A stretch of DNA of 55,040 nt from positions 1 through 55,040 of the IMG/VR virus record IMGVR_UViG_3300030116_000815. One strand, 5' to 3'. This DNA is from a virus (Duplodnaviria; Caudoviricetes). A model generated the notes under the pieces. That model was not told the origin of the DNA. It did no database searches and was given only the letters and a program-made list of their open reading frames with translations. Shown piece after piece: positions 45,219 to 55,040 of this stretch; within the stretch, counting starts at the first letter, position 1, and every line of letters starts with the position of its first letter. The position numbers and the translations under genes were made by a program.

Positions 45219-46825
45219 TGGCAACAGCTCAACCATATACAGTAGCTTGTGAAGGTGGATTAGTAACAGCATCTAATCAAATAGATTTATTACGAAGTCC
45301 GGGTTCAGCAATAGAGTTACAAAACTTTGAAATATCTGTAGAAGGTGGATATAGAAGAATAAATGGATTTACAAAGTATGGTGGCAATAGTGCTGTACAA
45401 CCTACAGGAGGTGCTGCAACTATACAAGGTATAATGCCTTATGCTGATGGAGTTATAGTTTGTGCTGGAACTAGTATATATTTTAGTAATGATGGAGTAA
45501 ATTGGTTAGAAGTAAATAGAAGTTCAGTAGCAAGTAGTGGAGATAATCATACTGCATTTACTGGCAGAAGTGTTTTAACTAGAACAAATCAAGGACAAGT
45601 ACAGTTTGCATTATTTGAAGGTCCTAACTATCAATATGGACAATTAATTATATCAGATGCAAATAATAAACCTTATAGTTTTAGAATGGAAGGTTCTGGA
45701 GCAATAGCATCTAGAACATTTTTTTCAGAAGAAATAACTGTAAGTGGAACTAAAGGTGTACAGTTTATTACTCATCATGATAGACACTTAATAGCTGCAG
45801 GTGTAGAAGATAATTTAAGTACAGTATATTATAGTGCTTTGTTAGACCCAACAGATTTTAGTGGCTCTGGTTCAGGTGCAATTACATTAACAGACCAGAT
45901 TGTAGGAGTTGCACCATTTAGAACAGACTTATTTATATTTTGTAAGAATAGTATTCATAAACTTGTAAATATAAATAATTCTAGTACAGTAGCAGTAGTA
46001 CCGGTTGCTGAAAGTGTTGGATGTTTAAGTGGATATAGTATTCAAGAGATTGCTGGTGACTTGGTATTTTTAGCACCAGATGGTATAAGAACAATTGCTG
46101 GTACAGCGAGAATCGGAGATGTTGAGTTAGGAACTGTTAGTAATAAGATACAACCTATTATAACAACACTAGCAAAAAATATAGATTTATATCAAATATC
46201 TAGTGTAGTTATTAGAGAAAAATCTCAATATAGATTATACTATACAAACTTAGGTGCATCTGCAAATGCACAAAGAGGTATTATAGGAACACTAAGACCA
46301 AATGGATTTGAGTGGTCTGAAACAAAAGGATTAGAAGTTACAGCAGTAGGTGCTGACTTTGATGCTACAGAAGTAGAAAGATATTATCATGGTTCTAAAG
46401 ATGGTTATATTTATAATCATGATACAGGAAACTCTTTTGATGGCACAGCTATTATAGCAAGATATAAAACACCAGACTATGATTATGGTGATTTAGGAAC
46501 ATTAAAAACTTTACATTATTGTAAGATTTCTATTGGAGCAGAAGGAGTTGTAACTCCAGAACTACAAGTAAAGTTTGATTATTCAAATACAGAGATACCA
46601 CAGCACACTAATAATTTTAGTTTAGGTACTGTAAATCCATCTGCTGTATTTGGAGAAGCAGTATTTGGGTTCAATGTTTTTGGTGCAACATCAAACCCAA
46701 TGATTAGAATACCATTACAGGGTAGTGGTACAAGTAACAGTTTTACAATTTTAAGTAGCGATACAAAAGCACCTTATAAAATAAATGGATTGTATGTTGA
46801 TTACATACCATCTGGCAGGAGATAA
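45218..46825 (+). CDS. Tail nozzle / tubular protein B-like
   Basis: [16 protein letters not shown]; beta-propeller-like composition; FLAPDG.R. Confidence 0.75.
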   Translation: MATAQPYTVACEGGLVTASNQIDLLRSPGSAIELQNFEISVEGGYRRINGFTKYGGNSAVQPTGGAATIQGIMPYADGVIVCAGTSIYFSNDGVNWLEVNRSSVASSGDNHTAFTGRSVLTRTNQGQVQFALFEGPNYQYGQLIISDANNKPYSFRMEGSGAIASRTFFSEEITVSGTKGVQFITHHDRHLIAAGVEDNLSTVYYSALLDPTDFSGSGSGAITLTDQIVGVAPFRTDLFIFCKNSIHKLVNINNSSTVAVVPVAESVGCLSGYSIQEIAGDLVFLAPDGIRTIAGTARIGDVELGTVSNKIQPIITTLAKNIDLYQISSVVIREKSQYRLYYTNLGASANAQRGIIGTLRPNGFEWSETKGLEVTAVGADFDATEVERYYHGSKDGYIYNHDTGNSFDGTAIIARYKTPDYDYGDLGTLKTLHYCKISIGAEGVVTPELQVKFDYSNTEIPQHTNNFSLGTVNPSAVFGEAVFGFNVFGATSNPMIRIPLQGSGTSNSFTILSSDTKAPYKINGLYVDYIPSGRR

Positions 46826-46827
46826 AA

Positions 46828-49800
46828 ATGGCAGGATATACAAGACAAAGTTCGTTTAGTGATGGAGACAGCATAACTGCTGCTTTGTTTAATGATGAAT
46901 TTAACCAATTAGTAAATGCATTTCATGCAAGTACTGGACATACCCATGATGGTACTACAGCAGCTAATGGTGCTCCTATATCAGTATTGTACAGTAATAC
47001 AGTAACAATAGGTAAGAATGAAAATACTGATATAGCTATTACATTTAATGGAGCAACAACTGATGGTGTATTAACATGGATGGAAGATGAAGACTACTTT
47101 AAGTTTTCTGATGACATATTAGTAGATAGTACAGAAAAACTACAGTTTAGAGATACAGCAATATATATTAACTCTAGTACTGATGGGCAACTAGATATAG
47201 TAGCTGATACAGAAATACAATTAGCTGCAACTACAATAGATATAAATGGTGCAGTAGATATTTCAGGAGCTTTAACATTAGCTGGTACTTCATTAGCAGA
47301 AACTATTTCTGATACTGTAGGAGCTATGGTAAGTTCTAATACAGAAACAGGAGTTACAGTTACTTATGATGATAGTGATAATACATTAGACTTTGTAATC
47401 GGAACATTAAACCAAGATACTACAGGAAACGCTGCAACTGCCACAGCATTAGAAACTGCTAGAACTATTCATGGTGTAAGTTTTGATGGTACTGCTAATA
47501 TTGATTTATCAGAAGTTATTCAAGATACTGTAGGAGCTATGCTATCTAGTAATACTGAATCAGGTGTTACAGTTACATATCAAGATGCAGATGGAACTAT
47601 AGACTTTACTGTAGCTTCACAAACTGATGAAAACTTTACAACTGCTGACCATGCTAAATTAGATGGCATAGAAGCAAATGCAACAGCCGACCAGACTGCA
47701 GCAGAAATTAGAACATTAGTAGATAGTGCTAGTGATTCAAATGTATTTACAGATGCAGACCACACAAAACTAGATGGTATAGAAGCTAATGCAACAGCCG
47801 ACCAAACAGATGAAGAAATACAAGATATAGTAGGTGGAATGCTTACTGGTAATACTGAAACAGGTATTACTGTTACATATCAAGATGCAGATGGAACTGT
47901 AGATTTTGTTGTAGCATCTCAAACAGATGAAAACTTTACAACAGCAGACCACGCTAAATTAGATGGTATAGAAGCTAATGCGACTGCAGACCAAACAGAT
48001 GCTGAAATTAAAACTGCATATGAAAACAATTCAAACACAAATGCATTTACAGATACTTTATTAAGTAAACTAAATGCAATAGAAGCTGGAGCTACTGCAG
48101 ACCAAACAGCAGAAGAAATACAAGACATAGTAGGAGCTATGGTATCTTCTAATACTGAATCAGGTATTACAGTTACATATGAAGATAGTGATGGTACTCT
48201 TGATTTTGCAGTTGGTACATTAAACCAAGACACAACAGGTAATGCAGCTACAGCTACAGCATTAGCAACTGCAAGAACAATACATGGTGTATCTTTTGAT
48301 GGTACAGCAAATATAGATTTAACAGAAGTAGTACAAGATACTGTTGGAGCTATGTTCTCAAGTAATACTGAAACAGGTATTACAGTAACATATGATGATT
48401 CTGATGGTACTATTGATTTAGTAGTAGGAACTCTTAATCAAGATACTACAGGTAATGCAGCAACTGCAACAGCTTTAGAAACTGCAAGAACAATTAATGG
48501 TGTAAGTTTTGATGGTACTGCAAATGTTACAACACTTACTGCAGGTACAGGAGTATCTGTATCAGGTACAGAAGTATCTATAGGACAATCAGTAGCAACA
48601 AATGCAGATGTAGATTTTGCTACAGTTACTACTACAGGTAATGCAATTATTGGAGGAGACCTAACTGTAAGTGGAAATACAACTACTCTTAATACTGCAA
48701 CTTTAGATGTTGAAGATAAAAACATAACAATTAACAAAGGTTCAGGAGATACATCAGGTTCAGCAGATGGTGCTGGTATTACTATACAAGATGCAGTAGA
48801 TGCTTCAACAGATGCAACAATGTCATGGAGTGCTGCAAATGATAACTTTGTATTTTCACATGAAATAGCTGCTCCAAGTTTAGATATATCAGGAAATGTA
48901 GATGTTGATGGAACATTAGAAACAGATGCTTTAACTATAAATGGTACAGCATCAGTTCCTTTTGAATCTGCAGACCATACTAAATTAGATGGTATTGAAG
49001 CAAATGCTACTGCAGACCAAACAGCAGCAGAGATTAGAACACTAGTAGAATCAGCAAGTGACTCTAATGTATTTACTGATGCAGACCATACTAAACTAAA
49101 TGCTATAGAAGCTAGTGCTGATGTTACAGATGCTGCAAATGTAGGAAGTTCATTAACAGCATTTCCTACAGGTACAGATGCTGCAAGTTCAGACTTAGTT
49201 CCATATTATGATGTAACTGCAGGAGCATGGGAAAAATCTACAGTAACTAATTTAGCTTTACAAGGACCTACAGGACCTACAGGACCGACTGGTTCTACAG
49301 GACCTACAGGACCTACTGGACCAACTGGACCTACAGGACCTACAGGTTCTAAAGGACAAAAAGGTGAAGTAGGTGGAACAGGACCTACAGGTTCAACTGG
49401 ACCTACTGGACCTACTGGACCAAGTGGTTCTGCTGGGCAGAAAGGACAAAAAGGTGAAGTAGGTGGAACAGGACCTACAGGACCTACAGGACCTAGTGGT
49501 GCTGGTTCAGATGGTAGTAAAGGACAAAAAGGTGAGCCGGGTAATACTGGAGGAACAGGACCTACAGGTTCGACAGGACCAACTGGTAGTACTGGGCAAA
49601 AAGGACAAAAGGGTGAGGTAGGTAATACTGGACCCACAGGTAGTACTGGACCTACTGGACCATCAGGCTCTAATGGTTCTAATGGTAGTAAAGGACAAAA
49701 AGGTGAACCGGGTTCAACAGGACCAGCAGGACCTACAGGTAGCACAGGACCTACTGGTGGTACAGGACCTACTGGTGGCACAGGACCTACTGGGCAGAAA

Positions 49801-50907
49801 GGACAAAAAGGTGAGGTCGGTAATACAGGTCCTACAGGACCATCAGGACCAGCAGGTTCAGATGGAGATGATGGTAGTGCTGGACCTACAGGACCAACTG
49901 GACCTACAGGTAGCACAGGACCTACAGGTCAAAAAGGACAAAAAGGTCAAACAGGCTCCACAGGTGGCACAGGACCTACAGGACCTACTGGACCTACAGG
50001 ACCTTCTGGTTCAAATGGCTCTAATGGTTCTAAAGGACAAAAAGGTGAACCGGGTTCTACAGGTGGAACAGGACCTACAGGACCTGCAGGACCAACAGGT
50101 AGTACAGGACCTACAGGACCTACTGGAACTGGTCAAAAAGGACAAAAGGGTGAAGTTGGTGGTACAGGACCTACAGGACCTACAGGTGGTACAGGACCTA
50201 CAGGTGGTACAGGACCTACAGGACCAGCAGGACCTACAGGACCAACAGGTACTGGTCAGAAAGGACAAAAAGGACAAAAAGGACAAACAGGTGCTACAGG
50301 TGGCACAGGTGGTACAGGACCTACAGGTGGTGCAGGACCAGCAGGACCTCCGGGACCAGCAGGACCTCCGGGTTCAGCAGGTTCAGATGGTTCAAATGGT
50401 GGACCGGGACCAGCAGGACCTCCGGGACCTCCGGGTTCAGATGGTGGTTTTACAACCAACTCAAATGCACAAGTAAATAGTTTAGGTGCAGGTACTGCAG
50501 GTAGTGGTACAGCAGGTGAGATTAGAGCAACTAATAACATTACTGCTTACTATTCTGATGCTAGACTAAAAGACTTTGAAGGTACTATACCTAATGCATT
50601 GGCTAGAGTAAATAAACTACATGGTTATTACTTTAGAGAAAATCCAACTGCAAAAGAATTAGGTTATGAAAATGATAAACTACAAGTAGGTGTAAGTGCA
50701 CAGGAAGTACAAGAAGTATTACCAGAAGTAGTTACAGAAGCACCTATTGATGATAAATATTTAACAGTATGGTATGATAAATTAGTACCATTATTGATTG
50801 AAGCTATAAAAGAATTATCACAAGATTCACATCCTCCAAAATGTTTAGAAGACATGGAAGGATATGATGAGATTATTGAAAGAATAGAAGCTTTGGAGGA
50901 TAAATAA
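46828..50907 (+). CDS. Tail fibre with modular repeats, collagen triple-helix region and C-terminal S74 intramolecular chaperone
   Basis: N-terminal GH.HDGT anchor; repeats; about 390 aa of G-X-Y; SDARLK...GVSAQEV..VLPEVV...[15 protein letters not shown]. Confidence 0.9.
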   Translation: MAGYTRQSSFSDGDSITAALFNDEFNQLVNAFHASTGHTHDGTTAANGAPISVLYSNTVTIGKNENTDIAITFNGATTDGVLTWMEDEDYFKFSDDILVDSTEKLQFRDTAIYINSSTDGQLDIVADTEIQLAATTIDINGAVDISGALTLAGTSLAETISDTVGAMVSSNTETGVTVTYDDSDNTLDFVIGTLNQDTTGNAATATALETARTIHGVSFDGTANIDLSEVIQDTVGAMLSSNTESGVTVTYQDADGTIDFTVASQTDENFTTADHAKLDGIEANATADQTAAEIRTLVDSASDSNVFTDADHTKLDGIEANATADQTDEEIQDIVGGMLTGNTETGITVTYQDADGTVDFVVASQTDENFTTADHAKLDGIEANATADQTDAEIKTAYENNSNTNAFTDTLLSKLNAIEAGATADQTAEEIQDIVGAMVSSNTESGITVTYEDSDGTLDFAVGTLNQDTTGNAATATALATARTIHGVSFDGTANIDLTEVVQDTVGAMFSSNTETGITVTYDDSDGTIDLVVGTLNQDTTGNAATATALETARTINGVSFDGTANVTTLTAGTGVSVSGTEVSIGQSVATNADVDFATVTTTGNAIIGGDLTVSGNTTTLNTATLDVEDKNITINKGSGDTSGSADGAGITIQDAVDASTDATMSWSAANDNFVFSHEIAAPSLDISGNVDVDGTLETDALTINGTASVPFESADHTKLDGIEANATADQTAAEIRTLVESASDSNVFTDADHTKLNAIEASADVTDAANVGSSLTAFPTGTDAASSDLVPYYDVTAGAWEKSTVTNLALQGPTGPTGPTGSTGPTGPTGPTGPTGPTGSKGQKGEVGGTGPTGSTGPTGPTGPSGSAGQKGQKGEVGGTGPTGPTGPSGAGSDGSKGQKGEPGNTGGTGPTGSTGPTGSTGQKGQKGEVGNTGPTGSTGPTGPSGSNGSNGSKGQKGEPGSTGPAGPTGSTGPTGGTGPTGGTGPTGQKGQKGEVGNTGPTGPSGPAGSDGDDGSAGPTGPTGPTGSTGPTGQKGQKGQTGSTGGTGPTGPTGPTGPSGSNGSNGSKGQKGEPGSTGGTGPTGPAGPTGSTGPTGPTGTGQKGQKGEVGGTGPTGPTGGTGPTGGTGPTGPAGPTGPTGTGQKGQKGQKGQTGATGGTGGTGPTGGAGPAGPPGPAGPPGSAGSDGSNGGPGPAGPPGPPGSDGGFTTNSNAQVNSLGAGTAGSGTAGEIRATNNITAYYSDARLKDFEGTIPNALARVNKLHGYYFRENPTAKELGYENDKLQVGVSAQEVQEVLPEVVTEAPIDDKYLTVWYDKLVPLLIEAIKELSQDSHPPKCLEDMEGYDEIIERIEALEDK
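47311..49125 (+). repeat. Intragenic modular repeats in tail fibre
   Basis: Recurring [48 protein letters not shown] and [17 protein letters not shown] blocks. Confidence 0.85.
49264..50451 (+). repeat. Collagen-like G-X-Y repeat region (ggacctaca-type 9-bp repeats)
   Basis: GPT runs punctuated by ten G(S/Q)KGQKG blocks. Confidence 0.95.
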
Positions 50908-51611
50908 TGGCATTACCTAGTAGTGGTGCATTAAGTTTTGCAAACTTACAATCAGAGTTTGGTGGCTCTCATCCTATAACTATGGGTGAGTATGCTGCTT
51001 ATAGACAGTCTGGTTCTGGAAATACTATTGATATGGCTGATTTTTATGGAGCATTTTTATTTAATACTTCAAGTGATATAACATCAGGTTATGTATATGC
51101 TATTGTTCCGGGACCTAGAGGTGGTACTAGATATAGATTTAGTTCAGGATTTAATTCTCGTTCTTTTAGTTCTTTTGGTAATACTTATTCTGCTCCTTCT
51201 GGGTCAGCAAGTCCATCAACTAATATGGGAACATCTGGTGGACTTATAGGAACTGGTGGTACTTTAAGTAATGTAAGTCATGACATTACCAGTCTTTTAG
51301 GTGGTAACTCACTTATATTACAATCAAGTGGACCTAATAGTAATAGTGGTTTTACCAGTATGGAAGTAGCTGGTCATCAAACTACTAAAAGTTTTGCTAG
51401 AACAAGTGCTAATTATACTTATACTAGTGGTAAAGCTACATGGGAATGGTTAATAAGTGCAGCCGATTCAACTTACTTAAATGGTAATGTTTTTTCAAAT
51501 TCACATAGTTCTAAACTATTCGGATTACAAAGTCCTACTTATGGTTATGGTACTTCGGGAAGTAATGTTGGTACAGTAAGTAGTAGTGAAGCAACAATAA
51601 CTTTCTCATAA
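50907..51611 (+). CDS. Putative fibre-tip / receptor-binding protein
   Basis: [24 protein letters not shown]-terminus typical of fibre-associated adhesins; Ser/Gly/Thr-rich. Confidence 0.65.
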   Translation: MALPSSGALSFANLQSEFGGSHPITMGEYAAYRQSGSGNTIDMADFYGAFLFNTSSDITSGYVYAIVPGPRGGTRYRFSSGFNSRSFSSFGNTYSAPSGSASPSTNMGTSGGLIGTGGTLSNVSHDITSLLGGNSLILQSSGPNSNSGFTSMEVAGHQTTKSFARTSANYTYTSGKATWEWLISAADSTYLNGNVFSNSHSSKLFGLQSPTYGYGTSGSNVGTVSSSEATITFS

Positions 51612-51805
51612 TGGCAACTATATCATATACAATAAAAACAGATGTAATGGATGACACAGTTAAATGGGCATCTTTTACTCATGATGGTGTATACTACGAA
51701 ATAAGAGCAACATTAGATTCTAATGGTGATGTAGATGATACTAAAACACAAGAAGATTGTCAAGACTATATTGAGTTAAAACAAGATGAGGCAGAAACAG
51801 TATGA
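51611..51805 (+). CDS. Small acidic hypothetical protein
   Basis: TAATG and ATGA coupling. Confidence 0.6.
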   Translation: MATISYTIKTDVMDDTVKWASFTHDGVYYEIRATLDSNGDVDDTKTQEDCQDYIELKQDEAETV

Positions 51806-52611
51806 CAATACCTAAGTCAGGACCAGTAATAAGAACTTTTGATTATGCGTTAGATGAACCTAGAACTATGGCATATCATGATTGGATAGCTGCTAATGTT
51901 AATGGTAAAGTAGTTTGTGAATTAGGAGCAGGTTCTGGTATACTAACTTACTTGTGTGTAAAATACGGAGCTACAAAAGTATACTGTTATGAAAATAACA
52001 AACGAGTAATTAATTGGTTAAAAAGATTTTTTGCAAGTGAGACTAAAGTAGAAGTTGTAGAAGAAGATATTACAACAGCAACTTTTCCTACAGCAGATAT
52101 ATATTTACATGAAAATATTGGTTCAAATGTTTACATGGAAAATATATTAGGTATGTATACTAATTTAAAATCACAAGGTTTAGAAGATAAAACTTATCCT
52201 AATAAAATTAAAATACAATATGGAACTTATACTGGTGAATCACAACTTCACAGATATAACAAGTCTTCAACATATATAGCTGATACTTTTACTAATGCAA
52301 ATGTGTTATCTTTTTTTAATGCATGTCCAATGGTAGATAAAATATTACCTTGGACTTGGTATAATTTAACACACGACCAATCAGCTATAACTTTTAATGG
52401 TACACTATATGATGGAGATTTAAAAGATTTAACAAGGTATACTGATTCAGATGCAAATAGTCAGTACATATTTTGGGAAGTTAGTTTTGATGGTAGCTAT
52501 CCTATATCTAATTGGAAGTTTAGAAATCATTGGAATATAATAAAAGCTGCTGATGAATGTATGCCTATAATGGATAGTAGTGTAATGACATATACTGTTA
52601 AAGAAGTTTAA
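51802..52611 (+). CDS. PRMT-like SAM-dependent methyltransferase
   Basis: D.PRT.AY, VVCELGAGSGIL, GA.KVY.YE, double-E loop HENIGSNVYME, C-terminal NHW. Confidence 0.75.
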   Translation: MTIPKSGPVIRTFDYALDEPRTMAYHDWIAANVNGKVVCELGAGSGILTYLCVKYGATKVYCYENNKRVINWLKRFFASETKVEVVEEDITTATFPTADIYLHENIGSNVYMENILGMYTNLKSQGLEDKTYPNKIKIQYGTYTGESQLHRYNKSSTYIADTFTNANVLSFFNACPMVDKILPWTWYNLTHDQSAITFNGTLYDGDLKDLTRYTDSDANSQYIFWEVSFDGSYPISNWKFRNHWNIIKAADECMPIMDSSVMTYTVKEV

Positions 52612-52612
52612 T

Positions 52613-52641
52613 TTGACAAATGTTGTAAAAAACTGTATAAT
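52613..52641 (+). promoter_or_regulatory. Consensus sigma70 promoter for the glycosyltransferase/hydroxylase gene
   Basis: TTGACA-N17-TATAAT. Confidence 0.85.
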
Positions 52642-52658
52642 ACTATTACAGGTGAATC

Positions 52659-54494
52659 ATGAAAAAAATAGTAATCAGTTTAAAAAGAAGACAAGATAGA
52701 AAGAAATTATTTAAAAATAATAATTTAAAAGATTATAAATATTTAGAAGCTATAGATTATAAAACTTTAGATTCTAAAGATATTATAATTGATGAAGAGT
52801 TTAGAGACCCTTTTAAAAATAGACAAGTTTTAAAAAGTGAGGTAGCTTGTTTTTTATCCCATAGAAAAGCATGGGAAGAGTGTCATAGATTATATGAACC
52901 TGTAATTATATTAGAAGATGATGCAGTTATAAATGACACATGGGATGAAGAATATTACGAAGAGCTTATAAAAAAGTATGAGTTTGTTTACTTACAAAGA
53001 AATGAAAACGAACCACTTTTTGTTACACCGATAGATGGAAGAATAGAAAAACCATCTTATCCGTACAATTTAACAGCTTATGTAATAGACCCCATAACAG
53101 CTATGAAGTTAATGCATAACTATAATAAAATAATACCAGTTGATGAATATATTCCTCGACTTATTAAAAGAAATAAATTAGATGCAGTAGCTTTAAAACA
53201 AGATGCTTGTAATCAGTTACCAAGAAATATAAGTGAGAGTGACATCGAAAATAACACAATAGCACGAAACTTTACTGTACATCCAATTACAGTAGGTTCA
53301 GACAGATTAAAGTGCGTTAAGTTAAATACAAGTGCTAGAAAGCATGGTATAGAAGTAAAGAACTTAGGTACTAATGTAGAATGGAAAGGAACAGATATGT
53401 CTGGTCCGGGTGGTGGAATGAAAGCCAACCTATTAAGAGATTATGTAAATACTCTACCAGACAAAGATGTAGTTTTATTTACAGATGCATATGATGTTTT
53501 TTATGCAGATGATTTAGAAACTATAACTGAAAGGTATTTAGATTTTAATACTAAAGCAGTTTTTTCAGCAGAGCTATATTGCTATCCTGATTCTAGTATA
53601 GCAGATGAGTTTCCAGAATCTCATACACCTTATAGGTATTTGAATAGTGGAACATTTATAGCTCAAGTAGGAGAACTAAAAAAAATGTTTGCTTCTTCTA
53701 CTGTAGCTGATGATGGTGATGACCAACTGTATTATCAGAAGTTATTACTAAGTAATGAGTTTGATATGACTTTAGATTATGAAGGTTATATTTTTCAAAC
53801 ACATGAAGATGCAACAGGTATAAGTAGTTCAGGACAACTTTATAATCCTAGAACAGATTGCTGTGCATGTATTTATCATGGTAATGGTGGAGATAACACC
53901 AAAGAAAAATTTAATGCTTTGTATGATGTGTTTCATCCTAAGGCTGATTATTATTTTAGTCCTAGTAAATCATATGATATTATAGAAAATGATATGCTAG
54001 TAGTTGACTTTATGACACAAGAACAATGTGAAAGATTAATAGAGTTAGCTGATAATCATGGAAACTGGGATAGTTTAAAATATGACAAGTTTCCAGCACA
54101 AGAAATAAGACTAAAAGAATTAGGATTGTGGGCTGAATTAGAAACTAAATGGAATGAGTTTATTGTTCCTATAGTAGAAAAGTATTGGCAACCTACACAA
54201 ATGTATGGACTAAGAGATGCTTTTGTAATGAAATATAATTTAGAAACACAAAAAGATTTACCTTTACATACTGATGCAAGTTTAGTAACAGGAAGTGTAA
54301 AGTTAAATGATGATTATGAAGGAGCTGATTTATTTTATCCTAGACAAAATATCAGCAACAAAGATATACCAGTAGGTAAAATGATTTTATTTCCGGGTAC
54401 AGTAACACATGGACATGAGTGCTTACCATTAACAAAAGGAACTAAATATAGTTTTACCATATGGACAAACAGATTTCCCGGAGATAGTATATAA
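52659..54494 (+). CDS. Fusion: GT25 glycosyltransferase + PLOD-type glycosyltransferase + 2OG-Fe(II) lysyl-hydroxylase-like domain
   Basis: GT25: VISLKRRQDR, EVACFLSH..AW, ILEDD, PVDEYI. PLOD-GT: GGGMK, LFTDAYD, FSAE..CYP, YLNSG.FI, DDQLYY, IFQ, HGNG. Hydroxylase: FVMKY...Q..L.LHTDAS, FPG.VTH.HE.LP...GTKY. Confidence 0.88.
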   Translation: MKKIVISLKRRQDRKKLFKNNNLKDYKYLEAIDYKTLDSKDIIIDEEFRDPFKNRQVLKSEVACFLSHRKAWEECHRLYEPVIILEDDAVINDTWDEEYYEELIKKYEFVYLQRNENEPLFVTPIDGRIEKPSYPYNLTAYVIDPITAMKLMHNYNKIIPVDEYIPRLIKRNKLDAVALKQDACNQLPRNISESDIENNTIARNFTVHPITVGSDRLKCVKLNTSARKHGIEVKNLGTNVEWKGTDMSGPGGGMKANLLRDYVNTLPDKDVVLFTDAYDVFYADDLETITERYLDFNTKAVFSAELYCYPDSSIADEFPESHTPYRYLNSGTFIAQVGELKKMFASSTVADDGDDQLYYQKLLLSNEFDMTLDYEGYIFQTHEDATGISSSGQLYNPRTDCCACIYHGNGGDNTKEKFNALYDVFHPKADYYFSPSKSYDIIENDMLVVDFMTQEQCERLIELADNHGNWDSLKYDKFPAQEIRLKELGLWAELETKWNEFIVPIVEKYWQPTQMYGLRDAFVMKYNLETQKDLPLHTDASLVTGSVKLNDDYEGADLFYPRQNISNKDIPVGKMILFPGTVTHGHECLPLTKGTKYSFTIWTNRFPGDSI

Positions 54495-54736
54495 TGGAAA
54501 TATCAACATATTTAATTTGGAATGTTATTATAACTTTGGTACTAGCACCATTGTTATTTTCTATTCGTAAAAATGAGGCAGAGGCTAAAAGAATAGATAT
54601 ACTATTAAATAAAACTAGAGAAGAAATAGCTAGAGAATATGTTACTAAACAAGAAGTAAAAGAAGATATGACTGCTCTAATGGAAAGGCTAGAAAAACTA
54701 CATGAAAAAGTAGATAAACTTTTTGAGGTTAAATAA
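54494..54736 (+). CDS. Small membrane-anchored coiled-coil protein
   Basis: N-terminal TM helix, ILLNKTREE.A..YVTK, L..K.D.L. Confidence 0.65.
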   Translation: MEISTYLIWNVIITLVLAPLLFSIRKNEAEAKRIDILLNKTREEIAREYVTKQEVKEDMTALMERLEKLHEKVDKLFEVK

Positions 54737-55040
54737 TGGCAAAACGAAAAAGAAAAAATAAATATAAGTCAAAAAACAAAAGAGATAGATTAAATATGGA
54801 TAAGGGTGGAGTAGTAAGAAATCCTTACAATAGAGGTTCATTAGCTGTTAATCCTTTACAACCCTTAGAACGAAAAGCTAAGGCAGATGACCCTTCATCG
54901 GCATATAGTTCACCTCCTGATTATAGAGTTATGGATAATGCTGTTAGTCAAGGAGTTACTGTTCAAGATAGAGGAACAGGAGTGGGTGAAATGGGTAATT
55001 TTGGTCCGGGAAGTTTTCCGGGTAACCCTAGTAGGTATAT
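54736..55040 (+). CDS. 5' part of the internal virion protein that continues at window start
   Basis: TAATG coupling, GAGG SD, open to the window end (MAKRKRKNKYK...), in frame with 3..2702. Confidence 0.7.
   Translation, partial: MAKRKRKNKYKSKNKRDRLNMDKGGVVRNPYNRGSLAVNPLQPLERKAKADDPSSAYSSPPDYRVMDNAVSQGVTVQDRGTGVGEMGNFGPGSFPGNPSRY
54941..55040. repeat. Terminal direct repeat, right copy
   Basis: Matches 1-100 except at the second-to-last base. Confidence 0.9.

Noticed and set aside
49264-50451. Periodic AAAGGACAAAAAGG repeats with variable spacers resembling a CRISPR array
   Set aside because: Repeats are in-frame codons for KGQKG, spacers are themselves repetitive and of irregular length, and there are no cas genes.
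49673-50476. 267-aa + strand ORF of QDLQ repeats, and antisense ORFs 49206-49916, 50011-50286, 50256-50540
   Set aside because: Frame-shifted or antisense shadows of the 9-bp collagen repeat; no SD or independent motif.

Overview
This window looks like an essentially complete, AT-rich, lytic podovirus-type bacteriophage genome of about 54.94 kb, opened inside a virion gene (bases 1-98 recur at 54941-55038). The + strand arm (35.8 kb, through the junction, to 18.7 kb) carries terminases, portal, scaffold, major capsid, tail proteins, a collagen-containing tail fibre, ejection proteins and lysis genes. The - strand arm (34.9 to 18.8 kb) carries small early genes, SSB, T7-like primase/helicase, PolA, nucleases and class I RNR. 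I found no RNA polymerase, integrase, tRNA or CRISPR array; near-consensus sigma70 promoters are present instead. Two accessory systems stand out. (1) A eukaryote-like protein-modification module: a collagen fibre whose 21 lysines all sit in X-Lys-Gly, a PRMT-like arginine methyltransferase, and a fused GT25 (COLGALT-like) + PLOD-type glycosyltransferase + lysyl hydroxylase enzyme. (2) A curli-type secretion and signalling operon: CsgF, CsgG, a curlin-like subunit, a FecR-domain protein and a CHASE2 adenylate cyclase, followed by hsp20 with a ROSE-like RNA thermometer. Non-coding signals include five DnaA boxes in exact 11-bp phase, three TTGACA-N7-TATAAT early elements, a triple internal-loop hairpin leader before the scaffold gene, and apparent CCWGG/GATC avoidance. 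A shared R-x-x-[MYF]-x-x-G-G motif recurs in several virion proteins. All assignments come from motif recognition by eye; no database searches were run.
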